Virus record (IMG/VR): IMGVR_UViG_3300032335_001124
Location: 1-58,018 of that record
Strand: one strand, 5' to 3'
DNA length: 58,018 bases
Origin: a virus
Taxonomy: Duplodnaviria; Caudoviricetes
Part shown: in pieces, positions 9,569-18,171 of the stretch
How positions within the stretch are numbered: the stretch's first letter is position 1
How the letters are laid out: every line of letters begins with the position of its first letter
The notes under the pieces: model-generated
Database searches by the model: none
Told to the model about the DNA's origin: nothing
The model's input: only the letters and a program-made list of their open reading frames with translations
Made by a program: the position numbers and the translations under genes

Positions 9569-9823
9569 TTAATTTTCGACTGAAGTTACATCGTCATCAA
9601 ACAAATCTATATTCGTATCCACAGCGATTCCGGCGTCATCCATTACAGAAAGATAAGCCCGTTCACGGCAAATAAGTCGGTAAATAATATTCCAAAAAAA
9701 CTGATCTCTTTCTCTGTTCTTAAGGGAATGAGCTTTATTGCGGATACGAGTCAGCGTAAATTCGTCCTCAAGCGTCAAGCCGCAGTGGACTCTTTTTTGT
9801 CCTTCAGCACAGTCTCCATTCAT
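9569..9823 (-). CDS. nblA: NblA-like phycobilisome degradation adaptor
   Basis: LTLEDEF-x19-F-x10-RERAY aligns without gaps to the recalled cyanobacterial NblA pattern LSLEQQF...F...REATY. Confidence 0.7.
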   Translation of the reverse strand: MNGDCAEGQKRVHCGLTLEDEFTLTRIRNKAHSLKNRERDQFFWNIIYRLICRERAYLSVMDDAGIAVDTNIDLFDDDVTSVEN

Positions 9824-9894
9824 CGGCCTGCTACAGGTGCCTTAATTGTAGCTAAATCCAAACCTTTTCGAATTTCAAAAACCCGAAAATTAAA

Positions 9895-10164
9895 CTACCA
9901 GTTTCGGCAGCTCCAAAAACCCGCTGTTAGTTTGCTCTTGGGCTCATCACAGTTATGACGCGCACGAAAATTACGCCTTCGCTCGGGGTCATCACGTTTA
10001 ATTTCCATATTTGCGTCTCCAAATCTAACTAAGCGAACTTGATCACCCTCTTTAGCTGCCACGGCAAACTTTTTTCCTCCCTGTTTATCCCGTTTTGGTT
10101 TGTTATACCCATGAAAAATCTCCCCTGCCAGTCGAATTGTCATTTGAGCTGAATATCTTTTCAA
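9895..10164 (-). CDS. conserved phage hypothetical basic protein
   Basis: GYNKPKR...KKFAVAAKEGDQVRLVRFGD...RRRNFRARHNCD...AGFWSCRNW is a widespread phage pattern. Likely start MTIRL. Confidence 0.7.
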   Translation of the reverse strand: MKRYSAQMTIRLAGEIFHGYNKPKRDKQGGKKFAVAAKEGDQVRLVRFGDANMEIKRDDPERRRNFRARHNCDEPKSKLTAGFWSCRNW

Positions 10165-10282
10165 ATTATAGAAAACCTAAAGGCAATCAAAAAAATTCAC
10201 AAACATTAAATTCGTCTAAGGGTCAAAAACTTGTGTTGCGCACAGAGCTAACTAGGCTAACATAAGCTCGTCTGATTCTTTC

Positions 10283-10564
10283 TTGCATACAAGCTGTATG
10301 GACGCCAAAACTTTGTTGACCATTGCGGAAACTGCGAAATTACTTAACTGTAGTTCGGGCTTTGTTCGTAAACGTATTGCTCTGTCAGAATCCAATCAGA
10401 ACGGAGGCTGGCCTAAGTCTGTGTACATCAATCTGCAACCAAACGGAGCTAAATCGCTGTACCGCGTCAACAAAGAAGCACTAGAGTCCTTCCTCCAAGA
10501 CTATAAAGAGGAAGCTACAGTAGAAGAATCCGGTCTAGAAGCCTGTTCTTTAGCTTCTTTCTGA
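10283..10564 (+). CDS. HTH_17/excisionase-like DNA-binding protein
   Basis: LLTIAETAKLLNCSSGFVRKRI...YRVNKEALESFL. Confidence 0.7.
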   Translation: MHTSCMDAKTLLTIAETAKLLNCSSGFVRKRIALSESNQNGGWPKSVYINLQPNGAKSLYRVNKEALESFLQDYKEEATVEESGLEACSLASF

Positions 10565-10565
10565 T

Positions 10566-11111
10566 ATGACTTACTCGGATTCCTTCGCCCAAACACAAAT
10601 GCAGCCCACGATCGCAATGGAGTCCGAGCAAGAGTCGATTCAGCCCGAAATCGAGCAGCCAAAGACAACAGTACAAGGCATGGTCGAAATTTTAATTGAC
10701 TATGCCTCATACTTACACCAGCTTTACGCCCAGTCCCATTTAATTCACTTAAATATCGAAGGACCTCTATTTTTTCCAATCCATGATTTTTTAAAGGAGC
10801 AGTACGAAGCTCACATCGTACAGTTCGATAAAACATCGGAGTTTGTTAGAACATTAGATTACTTAATGCCTATGTGCCAACGTGGACTATTACAGGCACA
10901 TAAAGGATTTAAACACGTTAAAGATTACGACACACGCAATATGCTCACTACTTACTTAAAAAATTTAGAAGACGCTGGAATGACAGCAAAAGATGTACTG
11001 GAATATGCCCGAGATCTTGGAGCAATTGACGTTGAAAACTATATGGCGGAACTTGCGGGAGACATGTTTAAAGCAGCGTGGATGCTTAAATCGACACTGA
11101 GGTCTAAGTAA
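10566..11111 (+). CDS. dps: Dps/ferritin-like protein
   Basis: H.IHLNIEGPLFFPIHDFL.EQY......D...E..R and a C-terminal K.AWMLKS. Confidence 0.8.
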   Translation: MTYSDSFAQTQMQPTIAMESEQESIQPEIEQPKTTVQGMVEILIDYASYLHQLYAQSHLIHLNIEGPLFFPIHDFLKEQYEAHIVQFDKTSEFVRTLDYLMPMCQRGLLQAHKGFKHVKDYDTRNMLTTYLKNLEDAGMTAKDVLEYARDLGAIDVENYMAELAGDMFKAAWMLKSTLRSK

Positions 11112-11700
11112 AGGCCCAACCATTAAGGGCGCGAACAAACAAGCCACTAGGTGTGGCCCCAGAGCTTTGCACTTGATAAATAAGAGTTCCAGAAGAATAA
11201 CTGGTGGGGCTAGGTAGTCCGCTAAGTAATACTAAAACCGAGGGTGTTCCTGCAGAAGTGACCACGCCACTAGCAAGTATTGCTCCACTAGCTAAAAGCG
11301 CAGTATTCGCTGTGGTGGCGAAAGCTGTTATCGCACCACTGGCGATTATGCAAGAGTTAGCCTGAGTAGCAAAAGCTGCTGTGTCCGCAAGACCAGCATA
11401 TATTTTTGTCCACGCTGAGCCCGTCCACACTTTTAAGTAAGGATTTCCTGCTGTAGCGTCTGTCCACAGCTCTCCGATTGAGTTTCCCGCTAACCCTACA
11501 GGCACCGCATTAGGTGCTGTAGTTCCATAAGGGGTAGGTCCGATTTTAACTATGTTTCCCGCAGAGTCCTCAAAATAAACTCCTGGATCAGCAGCACCAA
11601 AGTTTATGGATAGCTCACCATTAACAAGAATGTTTCCACTAGGTCTATCTGAAGCATTACCAGATCTTTTAGATAAGATCGTAACTGGCGTTGAAGTCAT
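11104..11700 (-). CDS. tail fibre-like structural protein
   Basis: ILSKRSG.A..RPS...L..GEL.IN N-terminus typical of phage fibres; GELW.D...LKVW repeat. Confidence 0.65.
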   Translation of the reverse strand: MTSTPVTILSKRSGNASDRPSGNILVNGELSINFGAADPGVYFEDSAGNIVKIGPTPYGTTAPNAVPVGLAGNSIGELWTDATAGNPYLKVWTGSAWTKIYAGLADTAAFATQANSCIIASGAITAFATTANTALLASGAILASGVVTSAGTPSVLVLLSGLPSPTSYSSGTLIYQVQSSGATPSGLFVRALNGWAFT

Positions 11701-11701
11701 T

Positions 11702-13240
11702 TTAGTAAGTTCCTCCGTTTATAAATGAGGGGGGAGAACTAGGAGGTACTAGATTACCATTATTATACTGACCTCCGTCTATGCTGTTCGGAGAGCTGGT
11801 AACAATAACTCCATTAGCATATGTTCCTCCGTCGTAAGTTTCCTGAGGTAAAGTACCAGGATTTAATGGGTTAAAATCGTCAATTGTAAATAATTCAAAA
11901 TTTGTATCTTGTAGTTCGGTAAGATCGTCTAATTGACCAAAGTTTAACGTTTTGGCAATCATATTATATTTATCAGAATAAAGTAAATGCTTCGGTAGCC
12001 CGCTTAAAGAAGGACTGTAACGTTGCCACCAAACAAGATCTTCTTCTCGTTTTAAATAGCTCATTTGTTTTTTTAAATCAATCTCAAATTTTTCACGGTA
12101 ATACTCATTCATTGGTTCATCATTTGGTTGGGGTAACCGAAACGATGTAACATCCGACAGATTAAATCTTCTTTGCATATCCCAGAAAGAAGCGTATATG
12201 TGTTTACACCATTTAGGCTGAAAATAAAATAAAAATGGATCCGAGTAAATAGCTGTGTCTGAGTACACAGGAGCGGTATAAATTTTATTTAAATAAATAA
12301 AACCAAAGGTTCTCACATAACCAGGGTAATCAGCGGAAGATGCTTGTCGAGTAGGAGCATTTGGACCTGCATCAAAATAACCAGGATCTATGTTGAGTAC
12401 TTTTGTATAAGGGTATCGTTGTTTCAAAGAAAGATTATAGAAATTAAATCCTTCCCTATTTAAAAAATCTTGACACGAACACTGAACTCGTATTTCAGTG
12501 GTTAAAAATTCACCAACGGCAGGAGGTCCTGTAGCGGGAACAACAATTGTGTTGGCATCAACCACGGACCAACTTGCATTTTCTGAAAATGAAAGGAATA
12601 ATGTGTTGAAGTCTGGATTTATACTCGGGGTAGTTACTACTCCGTTAAAACCTACTGCTACAACTGTGTAGTTGTTATATCCAAACTCTTTTTCGCTACC
12701 ATCCGCTCTAAACCTATTGGATAATACCTCTCCAGCGAAATAAGAAATAGGAGAACCAAATCTTTGACTTAAAACAACGGCATAAGTTGTATCGTTGTAT
12801 TGAGTTACAGATTGAATTGAAATACCAAAGTCCAAAAAGTTAAAAGTATCTCGTGGGCGAATACCCACCATGTGCATTCTGGTATCGGCACGGCGCGTTG
12901 GATATACAAAGAATAGACCGGGTATGTAACCTCCTACACCAGCAGTGCCTGAGACGTAATATTTAAAAGATGAATAAACTAGACCGCTGTACGCACCTTG
13001 TGCATACATACTAAGTTCGTAGCCACGGCGCCAACGAACCCAAAGGGAAGCATAATCATAGTCACTTAAAATACTAAAATCTTTTGTACCAACTGCAGGT
13101 CTGAACCTACGTTCAAAAGGTAATGGGTTTATAAGTTGAGATTTATTGTCAGCACCAGCAATGTTTGAAATAGATTCAAAAGAGCCAAGTGACTTTTGGT
13201 TCTTAAAGGAAAAACTGTCAGAACCTTTTTTGCGAGACAC
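11702..13240 (-). CDS. putative virion protein with a SWIM-type Zn finger
   Basis: VQCSCQDF...CKHIYA; three C-terminal [DN]GG[TQ]Y motifs. Confidence 0.5.
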   Translation of the reverse strand: MSRKKGSDSFSFKNQKSLGSFESISNIAGADNKSQLINPLPFERRFRPAVGTKDFSILSDYDYASLWVRWRRGYELSMYAQGAYSGLVYSSFKYYVSGTAGVGGYIPGLFFVYPTRRADTRMHMVGIRPRDTFNFLDFGISIQSVTQYNDTTYAVVLSQRFGSPISYFAGEVLSNRFRADGSEKEFGYNNYTVVAVGFNGVVTTPSINPDFNTLFLSFSENASWSVVDANTIVVPATGPPAVGEFLTTEIRVQCSCQDFLNREGFNFYNLSLKQRYPYTKVLNIDPGYFDAGPNAPTRQASSADYPGYVRTFGFIYLNKIYTAPVYSDTAIYSDPFLFYFQPKWCKHIYASFWDMQRRFNLSDVTSFRLPQPNDEPMNEYYREKFEIDLKKQMSYLKREEDLVWWQRYSPSLSGLPKHLLYSDKYNMIAKTLNFGQLDDLTELQDTNFELFTIDDFNPLNPGTLPQETYDGGTYANGVIVTSSPNSIDGGQYNNGNLVPPSSPPSFINGGTY

Positions 13241-13243
13241 GGA

Positions 13244-13798
13244 TCAATAGAACCCACCTTGCGCAAAGACAGTGATACCAGAGGGGCTTAGACCACCAGA
13301 AACTGCAGCTGGACCATTACCTATGTAACCGACGCAAAGAATGTATCCTTTCTCAAGATAAAGCCCTTCACCTTTGCCTACTTCAATAGGGCGAAGAAGA
13401 CTTGTATCACCAACACCAGGTACGGGAGCGTTTATAGCAGGTAACTCGATTCTTTGAATATTTCCTTCAGTAGCTCCGCTGAGTCCAACTTCAACCTTGG
13501 ATAGCATTAAAGCCGTGGAAGTGGAAGGCGCAGATTGATTTGGAGCATATACGTAAAAAATTAATTCACAAGTCCTTCTGCCTCCATTATTTGGATAACC
13601 TTCATTACTGACTAGAAAAATATCTTCAACTAAAGCAGCGTCTTCTGTAGGTAAATCACCCACACGAACAAGTTGAACTAGATTCGCAAACGAAGGGTTT
13701 GTAGGATCTACAGTTGATGTGCCACTATTGATTTTAGCCCCTCTTAAAAAAGGGCGATCAATAAGGCAAGGTTGCTTGTTTGTGGAAGTAGAAGCCAT
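13244..13798 (-). CDS. putative structural protein
   Basis: ORF in the late module; STSTNKQP.LIDRP start and AQGGFY end. Confidence 0.5.
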   Translation of the reverse strand: MASTSTNKQPCLIDRPFLRGAKINSGTSTVDPTNPSFANLVQLVRVGDLPTEDAALVEDIFLVSNEGYPNNGGRRTCELIFYVYAPNQSAPSTSTALMLSKVEVGLSGATEGNIQRIELPAINAPVPGVGDTSLLRPIEVGKGEGLYLEKGYILCVGYIGNGPAAVSGGLSPSGITVFAQGGFY

Positions 13799-13857
13799 TT
13801 AAAACTCCGAATGCCCTGCACAACTATTGGGTTTGGTTAAAGTCTAGCGCGTATTCT

Positions 13858-14295
13858 TTAGGCTATAGACGAGCCAGTAGAAGCTGAGCTTAAGTAGTCG
13901 CCCATGTTCTTGTTGAACAACCCGGCAAAAATAGAAGCTAACCCAATAGTATTTGATTTAGGGTTATTCAAATAATCAGTTAAAAGATCCCCACTCATAC
14001 GTTGCTTCGATTTTGCTAATAACTCTTTAGAGTAACCAGTTGGGCTACCCTTAGAAGCTCCGATAACGTCTCCGGCAACTCCAAGACCCATACCTATAGC
14101 CGAAAGCCAATCAAAATCCTTAGGTTTGTTTCTATCAATACTATATTTAGACGTATCGACTCCAATTCCTTTACCGAACGCTAAATCGACATCTGAAGGA
14201 CTAGACCCATAAAAACTCGGCGAAGACGCAACTCCAAAGGTTGCTGACTCAATCGGCTGAAAACCGCCAGAAAAATCAAAATCATTAAAGGGCAT
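13858..14295 (-). CDS. putative internal virion protein
   Basis: G/S-rich with a glycine-zipper-like segment. Confidence 0.45.
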   Translation of the reverse strand: MPFNDFDFSGGFQPIESATFGVASSPSFYGSSPSDVDLAFGKGIGVDTSKYSIDRNKPKDFDWLSAIGMGLGVAGDVIGASKGSPTGYSKELLAKSKQRMSGDLLTDYLNNPKSNTIGLASIFAGLFNKNMGDYLSSASTGSSIA

Positions 14296-14310
14296 GACTA
14301 CTCTCCTGGT

Positions 14311-16020
14311 TTAATTGCCGAGTAAGGAAGGATCCATTGACAGTTTACCTAATTTAAGCTCCAAAGCCCTTTCTAACATCTCGTCTGAAATTTGAGCCGT
14401 TGCTCTCGCACGTTCAGGTGCTTGATCTATAAATTGTTCGGCTGTTTGCAAAGTTGGTTGAACAAGAGGTTGGGTAGCGTCGGCTAACTCATTAGATAAT
14501 TGACTTCCAGAAACATAAGCGTCAGCTTTAAAGTGACTGTTAGCCACGGCATTTCGAGCCAAGTTAGCTCCCATAGGGGAGTTAACCATTGTTCCTTCTA
14601 CGTTACTTGCCGATTGTTGATTTACTGGGTCACTAGACGATAACTCTCTAGGAGAAGGAAAATCAGAGCGGTTATTTAAATTTTGTTCTAACTGTTTGTT
14701 ATAAACAGCAAGAGCAAGTCCTGGGTTTGACTCCGCCCACACGGCTAAATCGCGAGTAGCAGGATCTTGCGGTGAGTAACCTAAATTTTTCAAAATTTCA
14801 GGTAATAAAACTTTACCTGCAGCTTGCTGTGCTTGCATAGTCATCACATAATCGCGTTGCTCATCTGTTATTCCTTTAGGAGCGCCTTGTTTGGCGTATT
14901 GCTGTTTTTGTTCATTAACAGCTTGATCCCGTGCTCCGCTAAGCATTAATTTTGGCGTACCCATTAAAGGATTGCCTGCCATAAAACTTGGAGACTCCGG
15001 CATTGCTTGAGCCGAAGCCACGCTGTTAAGTAGGCTTTCTAGATCCGCTGTTTTTAGTCCAGAGGTAAGAGAACCCAGATCACGAGTTTGTACACCACCC
15101 GTGGCGGTAGCTAGCTCCCTTGCTGTTGGAGTAAGACGATTAGCGTCATCTACAAAAAATCTAGTGAAAGCAGCGGATGCGGGTGTCATGGTGTTACCGG
15201 GAGGAGTAGTTTGAGGAAGAGTATTTTGATTAATTACGGCTTGTTGCTGACTACCTGGCATATAACGACCTGCGTCAGTACGGTTTGTATTAAATTCTTG
15301 GTCACGAGCCTTGATCCTGGCGTAAGCTTCTAACCTCTGCGCATCCGTTAAATTTTCAGGTATGGGTCGTTGCTGACTACCTGGTATATAACGACCTGCG
15401 TCAGTACGGTTTGTATTAAATTCTTGGTCACGAGCCTTGATCCTGGCGTAAGCTTCTAATGGAGCTTGTTCTTGGGCACTTACTTTTCGCCTCATATCGG
15501 CTTCTGATGCATACCCTAAATTTTTATAATTAGGTTCTGGAGTCGAACCTTCTAGCTTAGCTGCTAGAGCTAATGCCCCACCTAAACTAGGAGTACCATA
15601 GGGACCTATGTTTTCAAGAAAAATTCTTAGATCGCGAGAAGTGGGTAGTAAAGAACCACCTGGTGTTTTATTTATTGTTGCTAATTGACCGGGGGGTTCT
15701 TGTGTGGCTAAGGCGCCATATCGTGCAATAGCACCGTATCTATCTAAAGAGCCGCCTGGATTTTGGTTAGGTACAACAGGAGCAGAGGGAGAAGGAGTCG
15801 CTCTGATATCAAAAAGACCTAGCTGACCTGGTGAAACAGGGTTAGGACGAAAAGAAGGGGGAATCGGTGTGCGACCTTGATTTACAGGTATTGGATCCGA
15901 ACCTATAAAAGGCCTCCTGTTCCCAGAAAAATTCTGCGGGTTTCCGCTTTTAGTAAAAAGAGAACCTTGCTTAATTCCTTGCGAGAAAAGTTCTACAGCT
16001 CTGCGTAAGTTAGGTTCCAC
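14311..16020 (-). CDS. large low-complexity putative internal virion protein
   Basis: 569 aa, P/Q/A-rich, with an internal 30-aa duplication. Confidence 0.5.
   Translation of the reverse strand: MEPNLRRAVELFSQGIKQGSLFTKSGNPQNFSGNRRPFIGSDPIPVNQGRTPIPPSFRPNPVSPGQLGLFDIRATPSPSAPVVPNQNPGGSLDRYGAIARYGALATQEPPGQLATINKTPGGSLLPTSRDLRIFLENIGPYGTPSLGGALALAAKLEGSTPEPNYKNLGYASEADMRRKVSAQEQAPLEAYARIKARDQEFNTNRTDAGRYIPGSQQRPIPENLTDAQRLEAYARIKARDQEFNTNRTDAGRYMPGSQQQAVINQNTLPQTTPPGNTMTPASAAFTRFFVDDANRLTPTARELATATGGVQTRDLGSLTSGLKTADLESLLNSVASAQAMPESPSFMAGNPLMGTPKLMLSGARDQAVNEQKQQYAKQGAPKGITDEQRDYVMTMQAQQAAGKVLLPEILKNLGYSPQDPATRDLAVWAESNPGLALAVYNKQLEQNLNNRSDFPSPRELSSSDPVNQQSASNVEGTMVNSPMGANLARNAVANSHFKADAYVSGSQLSNELADATQPLVQPTLQTAEQFIDQAPERARATAQISDEMLERALELKLGKLSMDPSLLGN
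15243..15459. repeat. 91-bp direct repeat (15243-15333 and 15369-15459, one mismatch)
   Basis: Direct comparison; encodes LEAYARIKARDQEFNTNRTDAGRY[IM]PGSQQ twice. Confidence 0.9.
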
Positions 16021-16056
16021 GTAAAAGCGGGGCTACTTCTTGTTTAAATATAGCGC

Positions 16057-16677
16057 TCACCTCCATTTAGTGTAAAAGTAAATCCTGTCGGCCCTTGCTG
16101 TATCAGGAGGACCGGGTATAGCTTGAATAAACTCTCCGCCACTACGTTCATAACGGTAACGAGCTGTAACAGGGTCTTTATAGTTAGGAACATAAAGCAT
16201 ATGGGCTAAACGATCACACTCAAATTGGTAATTCTCTCTCCAGATTCTTGAGGTCTCCCTTTTATCTTGGATATTAATGGAACGACTAACATCACCGAAA
16301 ATTGTTTCTTGACGACTGGTTGCTCGTCCAGTAGCCAGCTCAGTTAAGCGCTCGGCTTCTTCACAACGTTCAATTTGACCAACAATTTTGTCGTAATAGA
16401 ACTCAGAAGGAATACTACTTGTAGCTTCTAAAAGTCGAGCATAGTCACCGGCAGGCACTGTGGCAATATTGTATCCAAGGTGATATGCACAACGACTAAA
16501 GTTAAAATCATCAAGTCTATAACCAAACGTCTGAGCAGGGTTACGGGTAAGTTGATTAACCGCAGCATAAATTATTTCTCTTTTAGTCGCATCGGTGGTT
16601 GTTGCTTGGAAAACAACACCTTGTTGCGCTAAATAGCTTTGAATCTGCTCAAGTTCTTGTTGAGAGAATTGAGACAC
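16057..16677 (-). CDS. putative head-tail adaptor/structural protein
   Basis: Position downstream of the capsid genes; helical; inference only. Confidence 0.4.
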   Translation of the reverse strand: MSQFSQQELEQIQSYLAQQGVVFQATTTDATKREIIYAAVNQLTRNPAQTFGYRLDDFNFSRCAYHLGYNIATVPAGDYARLLEATSSIPSEFYYDKIVGQIERCEEAERLTELATGRATSRQETIFGDVSRSINIQDKRETSRIWRENYQFECDRLAHMLYVPNYKDPVTARYRYERSGGEFIQAIPGPPDTARADRIYFYTKWR

Positions 16678-16733
16678 TTTATTTAAGCACTAGATAAACT
16701 TATTCTACCCGATTTACAAAATAAAAATTTAAA

Positions 16734-17213
16734 TTATTCTACGTAGACGACACCAGCAGCAAGAACCTCGTCCCAGTCAACACGAGTGATGGCTTTTAGC
16801 TGTTCTAACTTTGTAAAACGCTCTCCGGGCATAGATTGTTGTAGCTCTTTAATTTCCACAGCGGTTTTTATTCCTACTCCTTTAAGAACCTGCGTTAACC
16901 GCTCGGGAGTAGCGCCATTTATGTTGATCCGGTTCTCAAAAGGGATTTCTGGCTGAATAATTTGACGGCCACGGCGTTTTAAGGAGGGTTTTGCGTCCTT
17001 TTTATCTTCGCTACCTTCTACAATCTCAATTTGGCCTTTATGAGCGAAAAATACCTTTCCTGTCGTGGTTGAGCGGACCATTTTGTATTCACCTTCGTCG
17101 TGCTCACTCAAAATTTCAACTTTAACTCCACTTGGTTTGTACAAAACGTCTTGAACTGAGATAGCGGTCATTATGTAAGCAGTGTCTACGAATAGTTTAC
17201 TAACAAATTTCAA
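16734..17213 (-). CDS. helix-hairpin-helix (ComEA-like) DNA-binding protein
   Basis: RININGATPERLTQVLKGVGIKTAVEI...RFTKLEQL. Likely start MTAISV. Confidence 0.7.
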   Translation of the reverse strand: MKFVSKLFVDTAYIMTAISVQDVLYKPSGVKVEILSEHDEGEYKMVRSTTTGKVFFAHKGQIEIVEGSEDKKDAKPSLKRRGRQIIQPEIPFENRININGATPERLTQVLKGVGIKTAVEIKELQQSMPGERFTKLEQLKAITRVDWDEVLAAGVVYVE

Positions 17214-17238
17214 TTTCAGTTGTCATATTGCCATGCAT

Positions 17239-17262
17239 AAAAAAACCCCTCCGAAGAGGGGT
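17239..17262 (-). terminator. rho-independent terminator after the capsid operon
   Basis: ACCCCT-C(TTCG)G-AGGGGT followed by a T-run on the minus strand. Confidence 0.85.
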
Positions 17263-17284
17263 CTTGTATTTACCTTTAACTAGA

Positions 17285-18157
17285 TCAGGAAGGAACAGTA
17301 GAGGTGTAAACGTTGGACTCAATGAGACCAGCAGGCTGAAGAGCCAAATCATCGCGATTAGGAGCTTCGTCAGACAGGAACCAACACACTTCACAGATAC
17401 CCAGAGCTTTGTTTTTGCCCCGAAGTTGTCCGTTAGTAGCGCGAGGATCGAACACACCGGATGCTTGTGCAAGACCAGAAGCGGCAGCACCGCCGAGGTT
17501 AGTCACAGCAAACAGTTTGTACTGAGTTTCGGAACCAGTCCGATACAAAGTAGCGCTGTTCCAAACGTTGTTGCTATTGAAGGAACCGTTTGCAATCCGG
17601 CTGCTGCTACCAGCAAGGGTAACGAAGAATCCGGAAGCAGAAGGTGTGGTATTAAGACCAACACCCACAGCAGGGCCAAGACCCAATGTAGGGGTGGCAC
17701 TACCGCCGCCAACACCGCTGCTGATAACGTCGCCACCGTCAACACGGAGGGACAAACGATAAACATAAGCACCAGAAGGCACTTTGACACCGTCAGTAAT
17801 ATCAGCGCGAACATCTTTGTAAGCATCCGGTGAAGGAATGATTACATTGGCGTTCAAGAAGGGACTGTTAGCTCCGTTTAGACCAGAGCTGTAAGCCTGA
17901 GTGTAATACTCCAGTTGGCTAGTGGTGCCCAAAGCTTGGAACGACAAGTCGACGTAACCAATAGCTTGTTGAGCTACCCAACCTGGAGTAAATACCACAC
18001 CAACTGGACCACCAATAGGTTGATTGGTGTAGGTGGTTTCCGTGTCGTTCGCATTACGGAACTGGAACGTCTTTTCGTCGTGCCAGTAACGTAGAACGTT
18101 TGTATAGTTTCCAGGATAGATTTTGGAAACTTGAAGCTGATTAGGGTTAGTTGCCAT
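17285..18157 (-). CDS. putative capsid decoration/minor capsid protein
   Basis: Directly follows the MCP with a GGAGG RBS and ends at the strong terminator. Confidence 0.55.
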   Translation of the reverse strand: MATNPNQLQVSKIYPGNYTNVLRYWHDEKTFQFRNANDTETTYTNQPIGGPVGVVFTPGWVAQQAIGYVDLSFQALGTTSQLEYYTQAYSSGLNGANSPFLNANVIIPSPDAYKDVRADITDGVKVPSGAYVYRLSLRVDGGDVISSGVGGGSATPTLGLGPAVGVGLNTTPSASGFFVTLAGSSSRIANGSFNSNNVWNSATLYRTGSETQYKLFAVTNLGGAAASGLAQASGVFDPRATNGQLRGKNKALGICEVCWFLSDEAPNRDDLALQPAGLIESNVYTSTVPS

Positions 18158-18171
18158 TGTTAGTTACCTCC

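Noticed and set aside
15243-15459. 91-bp repeat as a DGR template/variable pair
   Set aside because: Only one mismatch, both copies in frame in one gene, and no reverse transcriptase in the window.
16734-17213. PsbU-like photosynthesis gene
   Set aside because: The motif fits a generic ComEA HhH better, and there is no lumen-targeting signal.
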